64,000 nt of DNA. Source: a candidate division FCPU426 bacterium (lineage in GTDB: Bacteria; Oederibacteriota; Muellerivitia; Muellerivitales; Muellerivitaceae). Each line of letters starts with the position of its first letter. Position 1 is the first letter of the stretch. Positions 48,239 to 58,341 of this stretch are shown one piece after another. The notes under the pieces are model-generated. The model searched no databases. It saw only the letters and a program-made list of their open reading frames with translations, and was not told the DNA's origin. The stretch covers positions 45,284 through 109,283 of the forward strand of contig CAWHOE010000035.1 of assembly GCA_963830915.1 (NCBI GenBank), read 5' to 3'. The position numbers and the translations under genes were made by a program.

Positions 48239-48795
48239 GAACTAACATCCGTTATTTTTGCGCTAATTGTAAATTGATTAATTTGCCGATTATTTGCAAC
48301 AGATGCGGATATGTTATTAATGGTAACTGTCGCTTCTTTTAAAATACCACCCGGCTTTTGAATTGCGTTGAAATAATTTTGAAGATTTGTTTCTGTAAAA
48401 GCGTATCCTTGGATCGTAAACAAATTGCCGTCTTTCCCTTGCGTAATACTAGTTATCCAGACCCCATCTGGTAAATTCAACGCAAATTGATCGATAGCAA
48501 TAATGGCCTTTCGTTGTGCATCAGAAATACCTTTAACAGTCTTTTTAAACGATTCCAAACTTGCTTCTTTACTTTCAAGATCTTTCTCTTCATTTATTTT
48601 CTCTTGATAACCCTTGGATTCCTCATCAACTTGTGCGATTTCCTTATTCAAAGAATTTTTTACACCCAACCTCAAACCATAAACCCATGCCATACCTAAA
48701 GAAATTAAAACCACAACTGAAACAATACATAAAATAATAAAAAACTCTTTCCTTTTTTTCTTTTCTTTAACAGGGATTAAATTTACTTTAATCAT
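48235..48795 (-). CDS. pilN: Type IV pilus assembly protein PilN
   Basis: MIKVNLIP motif, TM, LPDGVWITSI. Confidence 0.92.
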   Translation of the reverse strand: MIKVNLIPVKEKKKRKEFFIILCIVSVVVLISLGMAWVYGLRLGVKNSLNKEIAQVDEESKGYQEKINEEKDLESKEASLESFKKTVKGISDAQRKAIIAIDQFALNLPDGVWITSITQGKDGNLFTIQGYAFTETNLQNYFNAIQKPGGILKEATVTINNISASVANNRQINQFTISAKITDVSS

Positions 48796-49896
48796 TTAAG
48801 ACTCCGCCTGTCGAATAGCCAATCCTAGGCAAACTCCCATATGAAACTCTTTTTCAGCCAACTGTTCGGGGTCAATGTTCTTTCCCACTTCGATATTTCG
48901 AAAAGAAGCAAAATGCTCTACGGGTATCCCTAATTTACTCGCTAAAAATCTGTTAACATTCTTTAGCTTTGCACTCCCACCAAGAAGAACAACTCGCTCC
49001 ACTGTTTTCTTCCTCGATTGCGTTTCATAATAATCAAAAGAACGCCGTATCTCGCCAAGTAGTTTATTTAATACAGGGGTCATAACATCCGACATTCTCA
49101 AAACACGATCATCTTTTTGGGAAACGGTGGTTAAACTGAAATCATCTTCTTCCATTGAAATCACACCATGTGATTTTTTTAATTCCTCTGCTTCAATAAA
49201 ACTTATATTAAACTCCTTCTGAATTTCCTTGGTAAAATCATTTCCCGCCACAGGAATATCACGCGTGAATCTAGTGTTGTTCCCCTCTAAGATATTAATT
49301 GTTGTTAAAGAAGCCCCCAAGTTAATCAATGCGACAGTTTCTTCACCTTGTTCCAATCGATTCACTTCATATGCGTTTTCCAAGGCAAAAGCATCAACAT
49401 CGATGACCACCGGAGAAAGACCTGACGATTTCAAGAGAAGAAGATGTTGATCAACAACATCAACCTTAGCAGCCACCAACAATACATCTAATTTTTTTTG
49501 CCCATCTTCTTCAGTCTCCCCAAGAATCTGGAAATCAAGAACAACCTGATCCAAATTCAAAGGAATGTATTGCTCGGCCTCACGAGGAATCGCCGCGCGC
49601 AATTCATCCGTTGTCATGAACGGCAGTTTCACATATCGAATGATTACCGAATCCCCCGACAAGGAAGTTACAACTTTTTTTGTTTTAATTCCGCTTTCTT
49701 TAAACAATTTTTTAATCGTTTCGTGAAGAACATTTTTTACAACATCAGGCGTTTTGTTTTCTTGCCCATCCTTTGGGATTGGGGCCAAACCCATAGCAAC
49801 CAAGTGCCATTGATCTGCGTTTCGTTTTAGTTGCACTACCTTAATACATGAAGTGCCGATATCTAAACCAACAATCGTGTTAGAAAAAAGACTCAT
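48796..49896 (-). CDS. pilM: Type IV pilus assembly protein PilM
   Basis: GLDIGTSCIK, EAEQYIP, IDVDAFAL, EIRRSFDYY, GLAIR. Confidence 0.96.
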   Translation of the reverse strand: MSLFSNTIVGLDIGTSCIKVVQLKRNADQWHLVAMGLAPIPKDGQENKTPDVVKNVLHETIKKLFKESGIKTKKVVTSLSGDSVIIRYVKLPFMTTDELRAAIPREAEQYIPLNLDQVVLDFQILGETEEDGQKKLDVLLVAAKVDVVDQHLLLLKSSGLSPVVIDVDAFALENAYEVNRLEQGEETVALINLGASLTTINILEGNNTRFTRDIPVAGNDFTKEIQKEFNISFIEAEELKKSHGVISMEEDDFSLTTVSQKDDRVLRMSDVMTPVLNKLLGEIRRSFDYYETQSRKKTVERVVLLGGSAKLKNVNRFLASKLGIPVEHFASFRNIEVGKNIDPEQLAEKEFHMGVCLGLAIRQAES

Positions 49897-50669
49897 GGAT
49901 TTAACCTTGTGATAACATTAATTTGCTCAGGGAAAAACCACACAATTAATGAACCTAATGAAAGAAATGGACCAAATGGGATTAATGAATTTCGGGTAAT
50001 TTTACCGGAATAAAGCCAAGGCAAAGCAAAAATAGCACCAAAGCCAAAAGCCATTAATAAAGCAAAAAACACCTTGAATAAACCTAGCCAAGACGCAATC
50101 CCCGCAATCATTTTGACATCGCCGCCTCCAAGACCGTAAGGAAAAAATTGGTTTAAAACAAAGATTACTGAACCAATCATCAAAATATTTGTAGCGCTAT
50201 TAAAAAGCCCTGCGGTTTGAACCTGACCATTGGTAACGAAAAAAGAAAAAGCAAGACCAAAAAGAATAAATAAATTATTAAAAACATGGGGTAAAAGACG
50301 CCACTTCAAGTCTGAAATTGTAAAAAGCATTAAAAAAGAAACAAAGAAAAAACTTTTAACTAAAATATAATCAAAAGAACCGTCCCGGTTCAATGAACAG
50401 GCAAAGAAAAGGATAGAAGTTCCGGCTTCGACCAAAGGGTATTGGAGAGAGATATGCTTTTTGCAATTCCTACACTTGCCCCGAAGAATAAAATAACTGA
50501 TTATCGGAATGTTATCGAACCAAAGAATGTTTTTTTTACAACTAGGACAAAAAGATGGGGGACTAAGTATTTGACCGCCATTTTTCCATCTTATTAAACA
50601 AACATTTAAAAAACTCCCAACGCAAGCTCCGATAAGAAGTGAATAAAAAGGCGTGATTAGAACTTCGAT
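49893..50669 (-). CDS. pilD: Prepilin peptidase/N-methyltransferase PilD; probable non-canonical start
   Basis: Frame stays open 78 codons upstream of track ORF: GSFLNV, CPSC, DNIPIISY, RGKCRNC, YPLVE; catalytic SD and GGGD. Confidence 0.9.
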   Translation of the reverse strand: MEVLITPFYSLLIGACVGSFLNVCLIRWKNGGQILSPPSFCPSCKKNILWFDNIPIISYFILRGKCRNCKKHISLQYPLVEAGTSILFFACSLNRDGSFDYILVKSFFFVSFLMLFTISDLKWRLLPHVFNNLFILFGLAFSFFVTNGQVQTAGLFNSATNILMIGSVIFVLNQFFPYGLGGGDVKMIAGIASWLGLFKVFFALLMAFGFGAIFALPWLYSGKITRNSLIPFGPFLSLGSLIVWFFPEQINVITRLNP

Positions 50670-50690
50670 GAGATCACCTCAAGCCATCGT

Positions 50691-50734
50691 AATAAAACAA
50701 TGGGCGGCAAAATTTTTGCCACCCATTGTTTATT
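50691..50734 (-). terminator. Terminator/attenuator between pilA and pilD
   Basis: AAACAATGGGCGGCAAAA / TTTTGCCACCCATTGTTT hairpin. Confidence 0.75.
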
Positions 50735-50752
50735 ATACTTTTTTAAGAAAAA

Positions 50753-51208
50753 TCACTCGTACCCATAGAAAGAATATGGGATCTGCTTTGAGTCTTTAAC
50801 AGTACTATTCACATAAACATTCCCATAAGTACTGTCATACAACCAACCCGTAGCAGCTGTAGTTGGCACTGAAGTAGCAGCCGTCATTGAAACCAATGAA
50901 CCAGTAGGACTGGTGGCTCCGACGACAAATGCACCTGTTACCTTAACCGGAGAAATATTATCCAAATATTTACTAAATGCATATCCGGTAAAGGACTGCA
51001 ACGTAGACGGCCAAATACCTTGGGTATCCCCGTAGTAAATGGACGCTGCTGACTTGATACTACCTAAATTACCTTTGGTCGACCCCTCGCGAGATTTTTC
51101 CAACATCTGCGCAAAACGAGGGATGGCTATAGCAGCCAAGATACCGATAATCGCGACAACGATCATCAGCTCAATCAAGGTAAAACCCTTTGCTTTCAAA
51201 CGAATCAT
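50753..51208 (-). CDS. pilA: Type IVa major pilin
   Basis: Class III signal KG|FTLIELMIVVAIIGILAAIAIP; GGGAGG RBS; own promoter and terminator. Confidence 0.95.
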   Translation of the reverse strand: MIRLKAKGFTLIELMIVVAIIGILAAIAIPRFAQMLEKSREGSTKGNLGSIKSAASIYYGDTQGIWPSTLQSFTGYAFSKYLDNISPVKVTGAFVVGATSPTGSLVSMTAATSVPTTAATGWLYDSTYGNVYVNSTVKDSKQIPYSFYGYE

Positions 51209-51273
51209 AATAAACCTCCCTATTATCTAAGCTTAATAAAAAAGACCCAAAAACCTTTATTAAGCTTAATTTG

Positions 51274-51302
51274 ATTTTATCGTTTAAAAACCACATTGTC
51301 AA
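51274..51302 (-). promoter_or_regulatory. Sigma70 promoter of pilA
   Basis: TTGACA-17 nt-TAAAAT. Confidence 0.8.
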
Positions 51303-51324
51303 CATACCGGTTTTAAAAAAACCT

Positions 51325-52542
51325 TTATCCAGCAATATTTCCTAACTCGAACATAGGCATAAACATTGCTACAACAATAAATCCCAAAGTTATACCCAAA
51401 AACACGATTAATAACGGTTCAATAATCGAGGTTAAACCCTCTACAGCCACATCAACCTCGTCTTCATAAAAATCAGCGATTTTTGACAACATTGAGTCCA
51501 ATGCCCCTGTTTCTTCTCCAACATTAATCATTTGTGTAACCATTGGTGGGAAAACATTGCTATCTCTAAGTGGTTGCGTCAGCGTTTTTCCTTCCCGGAT
51601 AGATTCCCTAGCATTATTGATCGCTCTTTCAACAACGAGATTTCCTGATGTCTTGCCGACCGTTTCTAAGGCCTCCATAATTGGAACACCCGATTTAATC
51701 AAAGTGCCCAATGTTCTTGCAAACTTTGCCACGGCTCCTTTACGAGCCAAAACCCCAAAAACAGGGAGTCCCAAAATGAATTTATCCCAGTTGTATGCGC
51801 CTGTTTTTGTTTTTCTGTACATTTTCAACCCAAATCCTAGTCCGAACCCAACAATGAGAAGAGATAATGCTTTCGGGCTCTGCAAAAACAAACTTATATT
51901 TATAACCAACTGGGTGGGTGCAGGCAAAGTGGCGCCAAAAGATTTAAAAACATCCGCAAAGGTCGGAATGACTTTTATCATTAAGAAAATAACCACCAAA
52001 ACAGCAACTGAAAATACCACTACTGGATACATCATAGCCGACTTAATTTTACGGCTAACGCCCTCGGCTTTTTCCAAATACTCAGATAATCTTTCAAAGA
52101 TTACATCCAATATACCGCCTTGTTCTCCCGCTCTAACCATATTGACATAAAGGGTCGAAAAGGCTTTTGGATGCTTGGCCATAGCTTCTGATAAAGGAAT
52201 ACCGTTTGAAATATCATCCCGAATCTTTCCCATGATTGCTCGAAAGTCAGCATTTTCAGCTTGCTCAGCGACAATGCTTAAACCCTGGAGAATAGGTAGC
52301 CCCGCGTTTACCATGGTGGAAAATTGTCTACTAAATACGACAATATCTTTCGTCGTTACTTTCCCGCCTTTTTTATTCAGAGACGCAAGGAAAATACTAA
52401 ATCCACTGGCTGGTGAAACAGAAATAAGTTCGAGACGTTTTTGTCGAAGAACACCCGACACAGCACCTTCGCTATCCGCCTCGATCGTTCCGTTGGTTAC
52501 TTTTCCTAAATTATTCTTCGCTTGGTATTTGAACAACGGCAT
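51325..52542 (-). CDS. pilC: Type IV pilus platform protein PilC
   Basis: FSRQFSTMVNAGLP, AGEQGG, SAMMYP, GEETGAL, IEP. Confidence 0.97.
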   Translation of the reverse strand: MPLFKYQAKNNLGKVTNGTIEADSEGAVSGVLRQKRLELISVSPASGFSIFLASLNKKGGKVTTKDIVVFSRQFSTMVNAGLPILQGLSIVAEQAENADFRAIMGKIRDDISNGIPLSEAMAKHPKAFSTLYVNMVRAGEQGGILDVIFERLSEYLEKAEGVSRKIKSAMMYPVVVFSVAVLVVIFLMIKVIPTFADVFKSFGATLPAPTQLVINISLFLQSPKALSLLIVGFGLGFGLKMYRKTKTGAYNWDKFILGLPVFGVLARKGAVAKFARTLGTLIKSGVPIMEALETVGKTSGNLVVERAINNARESIREGKTLTQPLRDSNVFPPMVTQMINVGEETGALDSMLSKIADFYEDEVDVAVEGLTSIIEPLLIVFLGITLGFIVVAMFMPMFELGNIAG

Positions 52543-52570
52543 TTTTCAAACCTTTCAAGACCTCGATGGA

Positions 52571-53635
52571 TCAAATAACTCCCTTGACCATTCTTTGAAG
52601 TTCTTTTGGATCCAAGGTTCGTGAAAAAATTTCGTTATAACTGACAAGTTGCTTTTGATACAGTTCGAATAAAGCTTGATTCATGGTCTGCATCCCGTAC
52701 TCAGTGCCTGTTTGCATCGCGGAATAAATCTGATGGATTTTTTCCTCTCTTATCAGATTTCTAACAGCCGCTGTCGGAATAAGGATTTCCACACCTATTA
52801 CCCGGCCAGACCCATAAGCCTTAGGTAAAAGTTGTTGGGACAATACAGCTTGAAGAACAAAAGAAATCTGCGCGCGAACTTGCTGTTGCTGAGAAGCGGG
52901 AAAAACATCAATGATTCGGTTGATAGTTTGAATAGCATCAACCGTATGAAGGGTTGCGAAAACTAAATGTCCTGTTTCAGCAATGGTTAACGCCGCGTTC
53001 ATAGTCTCTAAATCGCGCATTTCTCCAATAAGTATAACGTCAGGATCCTGTCTCATCGCAAATTTTAAAGCGGTGGTAAAAGTGTGCGTATCCGTACCAA
53101 CTTCTCTTTGGTTCACAATGCAAGATTTATGGGTATGCACATACTCGATGGGGTCCTCGATAGTGATGATATGGTGTTGCTGGTTACTATTAATCCAATC
53201 GATCATAGATGCCAAGGTCGTGGATTTTCCAGAACCCGTCGGTCCTGTCACCAATACTAATCCTTTGGGAAGTTTTACGATGTCCTGCACTACTGAAGGC
53301 AACTTAAGTTCTTCAAAAGTACGAATTGTGGTTGGTATGTTTCTAAGGGCCGCCGCAACGGCTCCCCGTTGTTGAAAAACATTCATACGGACTCGGCCTA
53401 CCCCTTCCACGCCGAACGAAACGTCCAATTCGTTGTCCTTCTCGAATTTTTCTTTTTGTTCATCCGTTAAAATACTATAGATAAGCTGTTGGGTTGTTTC
53501 AGGTCTTAATTTCTCGTATTCCGTTGGTATAACTACCCCATCAACACGTAACATAGGGGGTGCACCTGCTGTGATGTGAAGGTCGGATGCCCCTCTTTCG
53601 AACATGAGCCTTAATAGTGTGTCAATATTAACCAT
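52571..53635 (-). CDS. pilT: Retraction ATPase PilT
   Basis: ASDLH, GPTGSGKSTT, EDPIE, AETGHLVFATLHT, AVRNLIRE, GMQT. Confidence 0.97.
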   Translation of the reverse strand: MVNIDTLLRLMFERGASDLHITAGAPPMLRVDGVVIPTEYEKLRPETTQQLIYSILTDEQKEKFEKDNELDVSFGVEGVGRVRMNVFQQRGAVAAALRNIPTTIRTFEELKLPSVVQDIVKLPKGLVLVTGPTGSGKSTTLASMIDWINSNQQHHIITIEDPIEYVHTHKSCIVNQREVGTDTHTFTTALKFAMRQDPDVILIGEMRDLETMNAALTIAETGHLVFATLHTVDAIQTINRIIDVFPASQQQQVRAQISFVLQAVLSQQLLPKAYGSGRVIGVEILIPTAAVRNLIREEKIHQIYSAMQTGTEYGMQTMNQALFELYQKQLVSYNEIFSRTLDPKELQRMVKGVI

Positions 53636-53670
53636 AAAGTCTTTTTCTCCTCATTATTCAAAATAATCCG

Positions 53671-55437
53671 TCATTCTTCTTCATCGGCGTGAGCGACCCG
53701 TAAAAGCTCTTCAACAGTTGTTAACCCTTTTAAAACCTTCCTTACACCACATTGTCTTAGGGTTTGCATACCACCTTCTCGTGCAATCCTTTTCAATTCA
53801 GCGGCTGATTTTCTTTGTAAAACACCCTTACGAAAATCATCGTTCAACATCATTACCTCATGGATCGCCATGCGTCCTTTATAACCAGTATTGGAACAAG
53901 TCGCGCATCCCACGCCCCGATGCAACATAATTGGTTCTGCCGCATTGGGTTGGATTTGAAATTCCTCTAAGATTTCAGGAGGGGCTTCATATGATTCCTT
54001 ACAATCCTTGCAAATTCTTCGAAGCAGACGTTGCGCCACAACACAATGAACCGTTGATGTGATCAAAAATGGCTCCACACCCATATTCCCCATGCGCGTT
54101 ACAGCACCCGGAGCATCATTCGTGTGTAATGTCGAAAATACCAAATGGCCCGTTAATGCCGCATTGATGGCAATCTCGGCAGTTTCTTTATCACGGATCT
54201 CGCCAACCATGATGATGTCAGGATCCTGTCTCAAAAAGGATCGCAAACCCGCAGCAAAAGTCAAACCGATTGAGGCTTTAGCGTTAACTTGATTTATACC
54301 TTGTAAGTTGTATTCAACTGGATCCTCAATAGTGGAAATATTAACATCCGGATTATTTATATAATGAAGAGCCGAATAAAGGGTGGTCGATTTGCCTGAT
54401 CCAGTAGGCCCTGTAACCAAGACCAAACCATAAGGTTCAACGATGGCTTTTTCGAATTTCGGAAGGATATCATCCTCGAAACCAAGCTTCGGGAGGTCCA
54501 AGGATAAGTTGGAAGAGTCCAGGATACGCATGACTATCTTTTCGCCGAATTGAACAGGACAAACTGAAACACGAAGGTCAATTTCCTTGCCCAAGACCTT
54601 TATTTTGATGCGTCCATCCTGGGGCAATCTTCGTTCAGCAATGTCTAAGGAAGACATGATCTTGATGCGGGATGAGATAGCGGCGGCGATTGATCTTGGT
54701 GGTGATTGAACCTCATGTAGGACGCCATCAATTCTATATCGACAACGAAGGTTTTTCTCGTAAGGCTCAACATGGATATCACTAGCACCGGATCTTACAG
54801 CTTCGGTTAGGATCAAGTTTACCAGTCGAACAACCGGAGCATCCTCGCCCGCAGCTTCGAGCTTGGAGATATCCATTTCATCTTCTTTTTCTTCCATAAC
54901 CTCCAGATTGGTATCCGCACCACCCGTCATTGAATTGAGGATCTCCTGCATATCAGCCCCAGCGTCCGCTCCCCCGCCCGAACCCGTATTCCCCGCCGCT
55001 GCGCTGAAATATTTCGCATGTAAAGCCTTGATCTCGGCCTCACTTGCAATCGCCGGTTCCACTTCAAAACCAGTGGTCATTTTAATGTCATCAATAGCGA
55101 ATACATTTAGAGGATCGGCCATAGCGACCGTTAATTTTTTATCTTTTTTAACGATAGGGATTAGACAGTGATTGATCGCGATGGACTCGGGCACGGAAAA
55201 AACAACATCGTTCGGGATCTCGCCGATTTCCGTCAATGAAACATGAGGAATACCCAATTGAGTCCCAACAAAGGCCATGATCACGTCCTGTGTCACGTAA
55301 CCTTGGCTGATCAGTATTTTTTCGAGTCGGCCGCCTTTGATCTTTTGCTCGTGGAGGGCTTCTTGGAGTTGTTCTTCTGTAATAATACCCTCATCCACGA
55401 GCATTTCACCCAAACGCTTTTTCATGGATTCAGGCAT
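53671..55437 (-). CDS. pilB: Extension ATPase PilB with N-terminal MshEN-like domain
   Basis: RLGEMLVDEGII...LQEAL..Q...RLEKILISQG, GPTGSGKST, tetra-Cys zinc motif, GYKGR. Confidence 0.97.
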   Translation of the reverse strand: MPESMKKRLGEMLVDEGIITEEQLQEALHEQKIKGGRLEKILISQGYVTQDVIMAFVGTQLGIPHVSLTEIGEIPNDVVFSVPESIAINHCLIPIVKKDKKLTVAMADPLNVFAIDDIKMTTGFEVEPAIASEAEIKALHAKYFSAAAGNTGSGGGADAGADMQEILNSMTGGADTNLEVMEEKEDEMDISKLEAAGEDAPVVRLVNLILTEAVRSGASDIHVEPYEKNLRCRYRIDGVLHEVQSPPRSIAAAISSRIKIMSSLDIAERRLPQDGRIKIKVLGKEIDLRVSVCPVQFGEKIVMRILDSSNLSLDLPKLGFEDDILPKFEKAIVEPYGLVLVTGPTGSGKSTTLYSALHYINNPDVNISTIEDPVEYNLQGINQVNAKASIGLTFAAGLRSFLRQDPDIIMVGEIRDKETAEIAINAALTGHLVFSTLHTNDAPGAVTRMGNMGVEPFLITSTVHCVVAQRLLRRICKDCKESYEAPPEILEEFQIQPNAAEPIMLHRGVGCATCSNTGYKGRMAIHEVMMLNDDFRKGVLQRKSAAELKRIAREGGMQTLRQCGVRKVLKGLTTVEELLRVAHADEEE

Positions 55438-55498
55438 TCAACACCTCAAAGGAGAGTTGGAGTCATAACTCATTTGGTTGCTTATTACTTATTAAAGG

Positions 55499-55527
55499 AG
55501 TATAGAATCGAAAAAAATCGAAGTCAA
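55499..55527 (-). promoter_or_regulatory. Sigma70 promoter of pilB-pilT-pilC
   Basis: TTGACT-17 nt-TATACT. Confidence 0.75.
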
Positions 55528-55548
55528 CGATTGTCCAGTTGAAGACAC

Positions 55549-56415
55549 TTACCTAGAAGAAATCCCTCGTCGTAAAGCCCCGGCCATGACGTTTAAAGGC
55601 GCCGGTCGTCCAGTCCAATACTCAAACGATAATGCCCCTTGATTTAAAAGCATTCCCAAACCATCAAAGCAGGATAAACCCTTGGCCTCAGCTTCTTTCA
55701 TGAAAGCAGTTTTTCGGTGATAGATCAGATCCAGAACCCAAGCCCTAGATTGCGCGCCTTTAAGAGAAATCGGATTGGGGTCCCCCGGCTTTAAACCAAC
55801 AGTAGTAGCTTGAATGATCCAATCGCAACCCTTTAGTACTTTTTTTGATTCCTTTATGGAAATAGCTATGGCTTGAATTGAGCGATAATTTCTTATTAAC
55901 CGGCTCAGATTCAATGCTCGATCTTCTGACTTATCGATCAAATAAACCTTTTTCACCCCAGAAAGAGCCAAAGCCCCAGCCACTGCTTTACCAGCCCCTC
56001 CCGCGCCTAGCAGTAACCCTGTGGAACCCTTAAGTTTTTTTCGCTTGGCTCCGATCGACCTTAAAAAACCTTCTCCATCCGTCGATGTTCCACAGAGTTT
56101 ATTCCCCAGTCGATAAATGGTATTGACCGAACCCAGCCATTTCGATTGTTCATCCACCTTATCTAGGAAGGGCAGTACAGAAAACTTATATGGAACGGTA
56201 ACATTCGCTCCTTGCACATTGAATGACCGAAGGATATTTACGGCTGATCCAACTTCCTCAACAGACACTTCCAAAGGCAGATAGCTCCAAGCCATTCCCA
56301 ATTCACGGAAAGCGGCGTTATGCATCAAAGGGGAAAGAGAATGTTCCAATGGATGCCCCAGGATAAATACCAATCGTTGATGGCTTGTGATCCCAATTTT
56401 TTTATGTCGATCCAT
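55549..56415 (-). CDS. aroE: Shikimate dehydrogenase
   Basis: HSLSPLMHN, NVTVPYK, SVNT, TDGEG, GAGGAG, GLGMLLNQG; ATG 56415 overlaps rsmE stop. Confidence 0.95.
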   Translation of the reverse strand: MDRHKKIGITSHQRLVFILGHPLEHSLSPLMHNAAFRELGMAWSYLPLEVSVEEVGSAVNILRSFNVQGANVTVPYKFSVLPFLDKVDEQSKWLGSVNTIYRLGNKLCGTSTDGEGFLRSIGAKRKKLKGSTGLLLGAGGAGKAVAGALALSGVKKVYLIDKSEDRALNLSRLIRNYRSIQAIAISIKESKKVLKGCDWIIQATTVGLKPGDPNPISLKGAQSRAWVLDLIYHRKTAFMKEAEAKGLSCFDGLGMLLNQGALSFEYWTGRPAPLNVMAGALRRGISSR

Positions 56416-57181
56416 TAATTCCCCTCCCCAGCTTCTTTTGAATGGCTTAAATGAAACTGTATCATCGAAAAACAAGATACTCCCGCCGTTTCGGTCCTCA
56501 AAATGGGAGTGGGTAAATGGACAGGAACAGCTCCCCATCCTTGCGCTTGAAACACTTCCTCTTTTGACCAACCCCCTTCCGGACCGATCAAAACCAGGAT
56601 TTTAAAAGCGGAAGGCCTCGATTCTAACACTGTTCTCAAAGTCATCGCCTCTTTTTCATAAGGCATCAAGACAAGATCAAAATCCTTGAAAAATTCTTGG
56701 GCTTCATTCCAATTCCTGACGTCGTCCAAGGTCGGAAGGTTCGCCCTTCCGCATTGTCGACATGCTTCAATAAGGATTTTATTCCACCGTTCCTTTTTGT
56801 GCTCATATTGGGAAATTTCCGGCCTGGATATACTTCGTTGAGTGATCAATGGGATGAATCGATGGATCCCGATCTCCGTGCCTTGTCTTAAGATAAGATC
56901 CATTTTCGAGGCTTTAGGAAACTTTTGACCCAAGGCCAAACACACGTTTGAATTATTCTGGCTTTTTTCGGTGCGTGATTGAATCACAACCACTGCTCGT
57001 TCAGGTACCGGGTATTCAGGTTTAGAACATATTCACATCCGTTGGGATCAAACCCAAAAAACGAAAGACCTTCCCTTATTCTTAATACGGTAACCAAATA
57101 ACGGGAAGTTGATTCATCCAGGACAATTTCCGTTTGGTCCCCTGGGACAGCTCCGATAAATAGGCGTGGTTTAAAACTCAT
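56415..57181 (-). CDS. rsmE: 16S rRNA m3U1498 methyltransferase RsmE, split by a frameshift near 57010
   Basis: N-half (PRLF, VLR) in ORF 56984-57181; C-half ([26 protein letters not shown]) in ORF 56415-56993. Confidence 0.9.
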
Positions 57182-58341
57182 TTCTTTCGGGCGAAAAAGC
57201 TTTTCATTTTATTCATGAACTTGGCGATCTGGGGTGTATTCGCCTCCTCGGTCAGGGTTTCGAATTCTTCCAAGAGTTTCTTTTGCTTTGAGTTCAAATC
57301 CTTGGGCGTTTCCACAACAATGCTTACCAGAAGATCGCCGATCCCAGATTGCTGCGGATTCTTCAATCCCTTTTCCTTGAGCCGAAAGACTTTTCCGGTT
57401 TGGGTTCCCGCCGGTATTTTCATTTTAACGGCGCCTTCCAAGGTCGGCACTTCGATCTCAGATCCCAGCGCGGCTTGGACAAAAGAAATAGGTATCTCAC
57501 AATGAAGATCGCTGCCGTCCCTTTCGAAAAACTCATGGGCTTCGACGTGAAGGAATATATAGAGCGAACCTGCGGGTCCACCATTCAAACCAGCCTCCCC
57601 CTCTCCTCTAAGACGGAGTCGGGACCCCTCATCCACGCCGGGGGGTACTTTGACCGATACGGTTCTCTCTCTCTCGGTCCGACCTTGACCATGGCATGAG
57701 GGACATGGACTTCCAGGCATTTCACCCTGTCCCCCGCAACGGGTACAGGTTCGGGCGATTGTGAAGAATCCCTGCGAAGTTCGGATCTGACCCGTTCCTC
57801 GGCATGTCGTACATACGACCCTGCCCGAGCCTGCTTTTGCCCCGGAACCATGGCAGGTCTCACAAGTAGCCATTTTTTTGATCTTGATCTCTTTGGCTAT
57901 CCCAAAAGCCGCTTCCTCAAAGGTCAAATTCAGGTCATATCGAAGGTCATCCCCTTCTTGGGCCTGGCTCCGGGAACGGTTCGCTCGGGGATCCCCTCCA
58001 AAAAAATTGCTGAACACATCCCCAAAAATATCCTCAAAATCTGCGGCGTTCCCGTAATCCTGGGGACGAAACCCTCCCCCGCCCCCATAGCCTCCCGAAC
58101 CTGGTCCTCCCATACCAACCCCTGCGTGACCAAACTGGTCATAGGCGGCCCTTTTTTGCGGATCGGACAGGGCTTCATAAGCCTCGTTGATCTCCTTGAA
58201 CTTCTCTTCGGCCTCTTTATTGTTGGGGTTGGCGTCAGGATGAAATTTCTTGGCAAGATTGCGATAAGCCTTTTTCAGCTCATCCGCCGTGGCGTTCTTA
58301 GAAACCTCAAGTAATTCATAATAATCTTTTTTATGTGCCAT
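57178..58341 (-). CDS. dnaJ: Chaperone DnaJ
   Basis: HPD J-domain, G/F region, four CxxCxGxG repeats. Confidence 0.98.
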   Translation of the reverse strand: MAHKKDYYELLEVSKNATADELKKAYRNLAKKFHPDANPNNKEAEEKFKEINEAYEALSDPQKRAAYDQFGHAGVGMGGPGSGGYGGGGGFRPQDYGNAADFEDIFGDVFSNFFGGDPRANRSRSQAQEGDDLRYDLNLTFEEAAFGIAKEIKIKKMATCETCHGSGAKAGSGRVVCTTCRGTGQIRTSQGFFTIARTCTRCGGQGEMPGSPCPSCHGQGRTERERTVSVKVPPGVDEGSRLRLRGEGEAGLNGGPAGSLYIFLHVEAHEFFERDGSDLHCEIPISFVQAALGSEIEVPTLEGAVKMKIPAGTQTGKVFRLKEKGLKNPQQSGIGDLLVSIVVETPKDLNSKQKKLLEEFETLTEEANTPQIAKFMNKMKSFFARKK

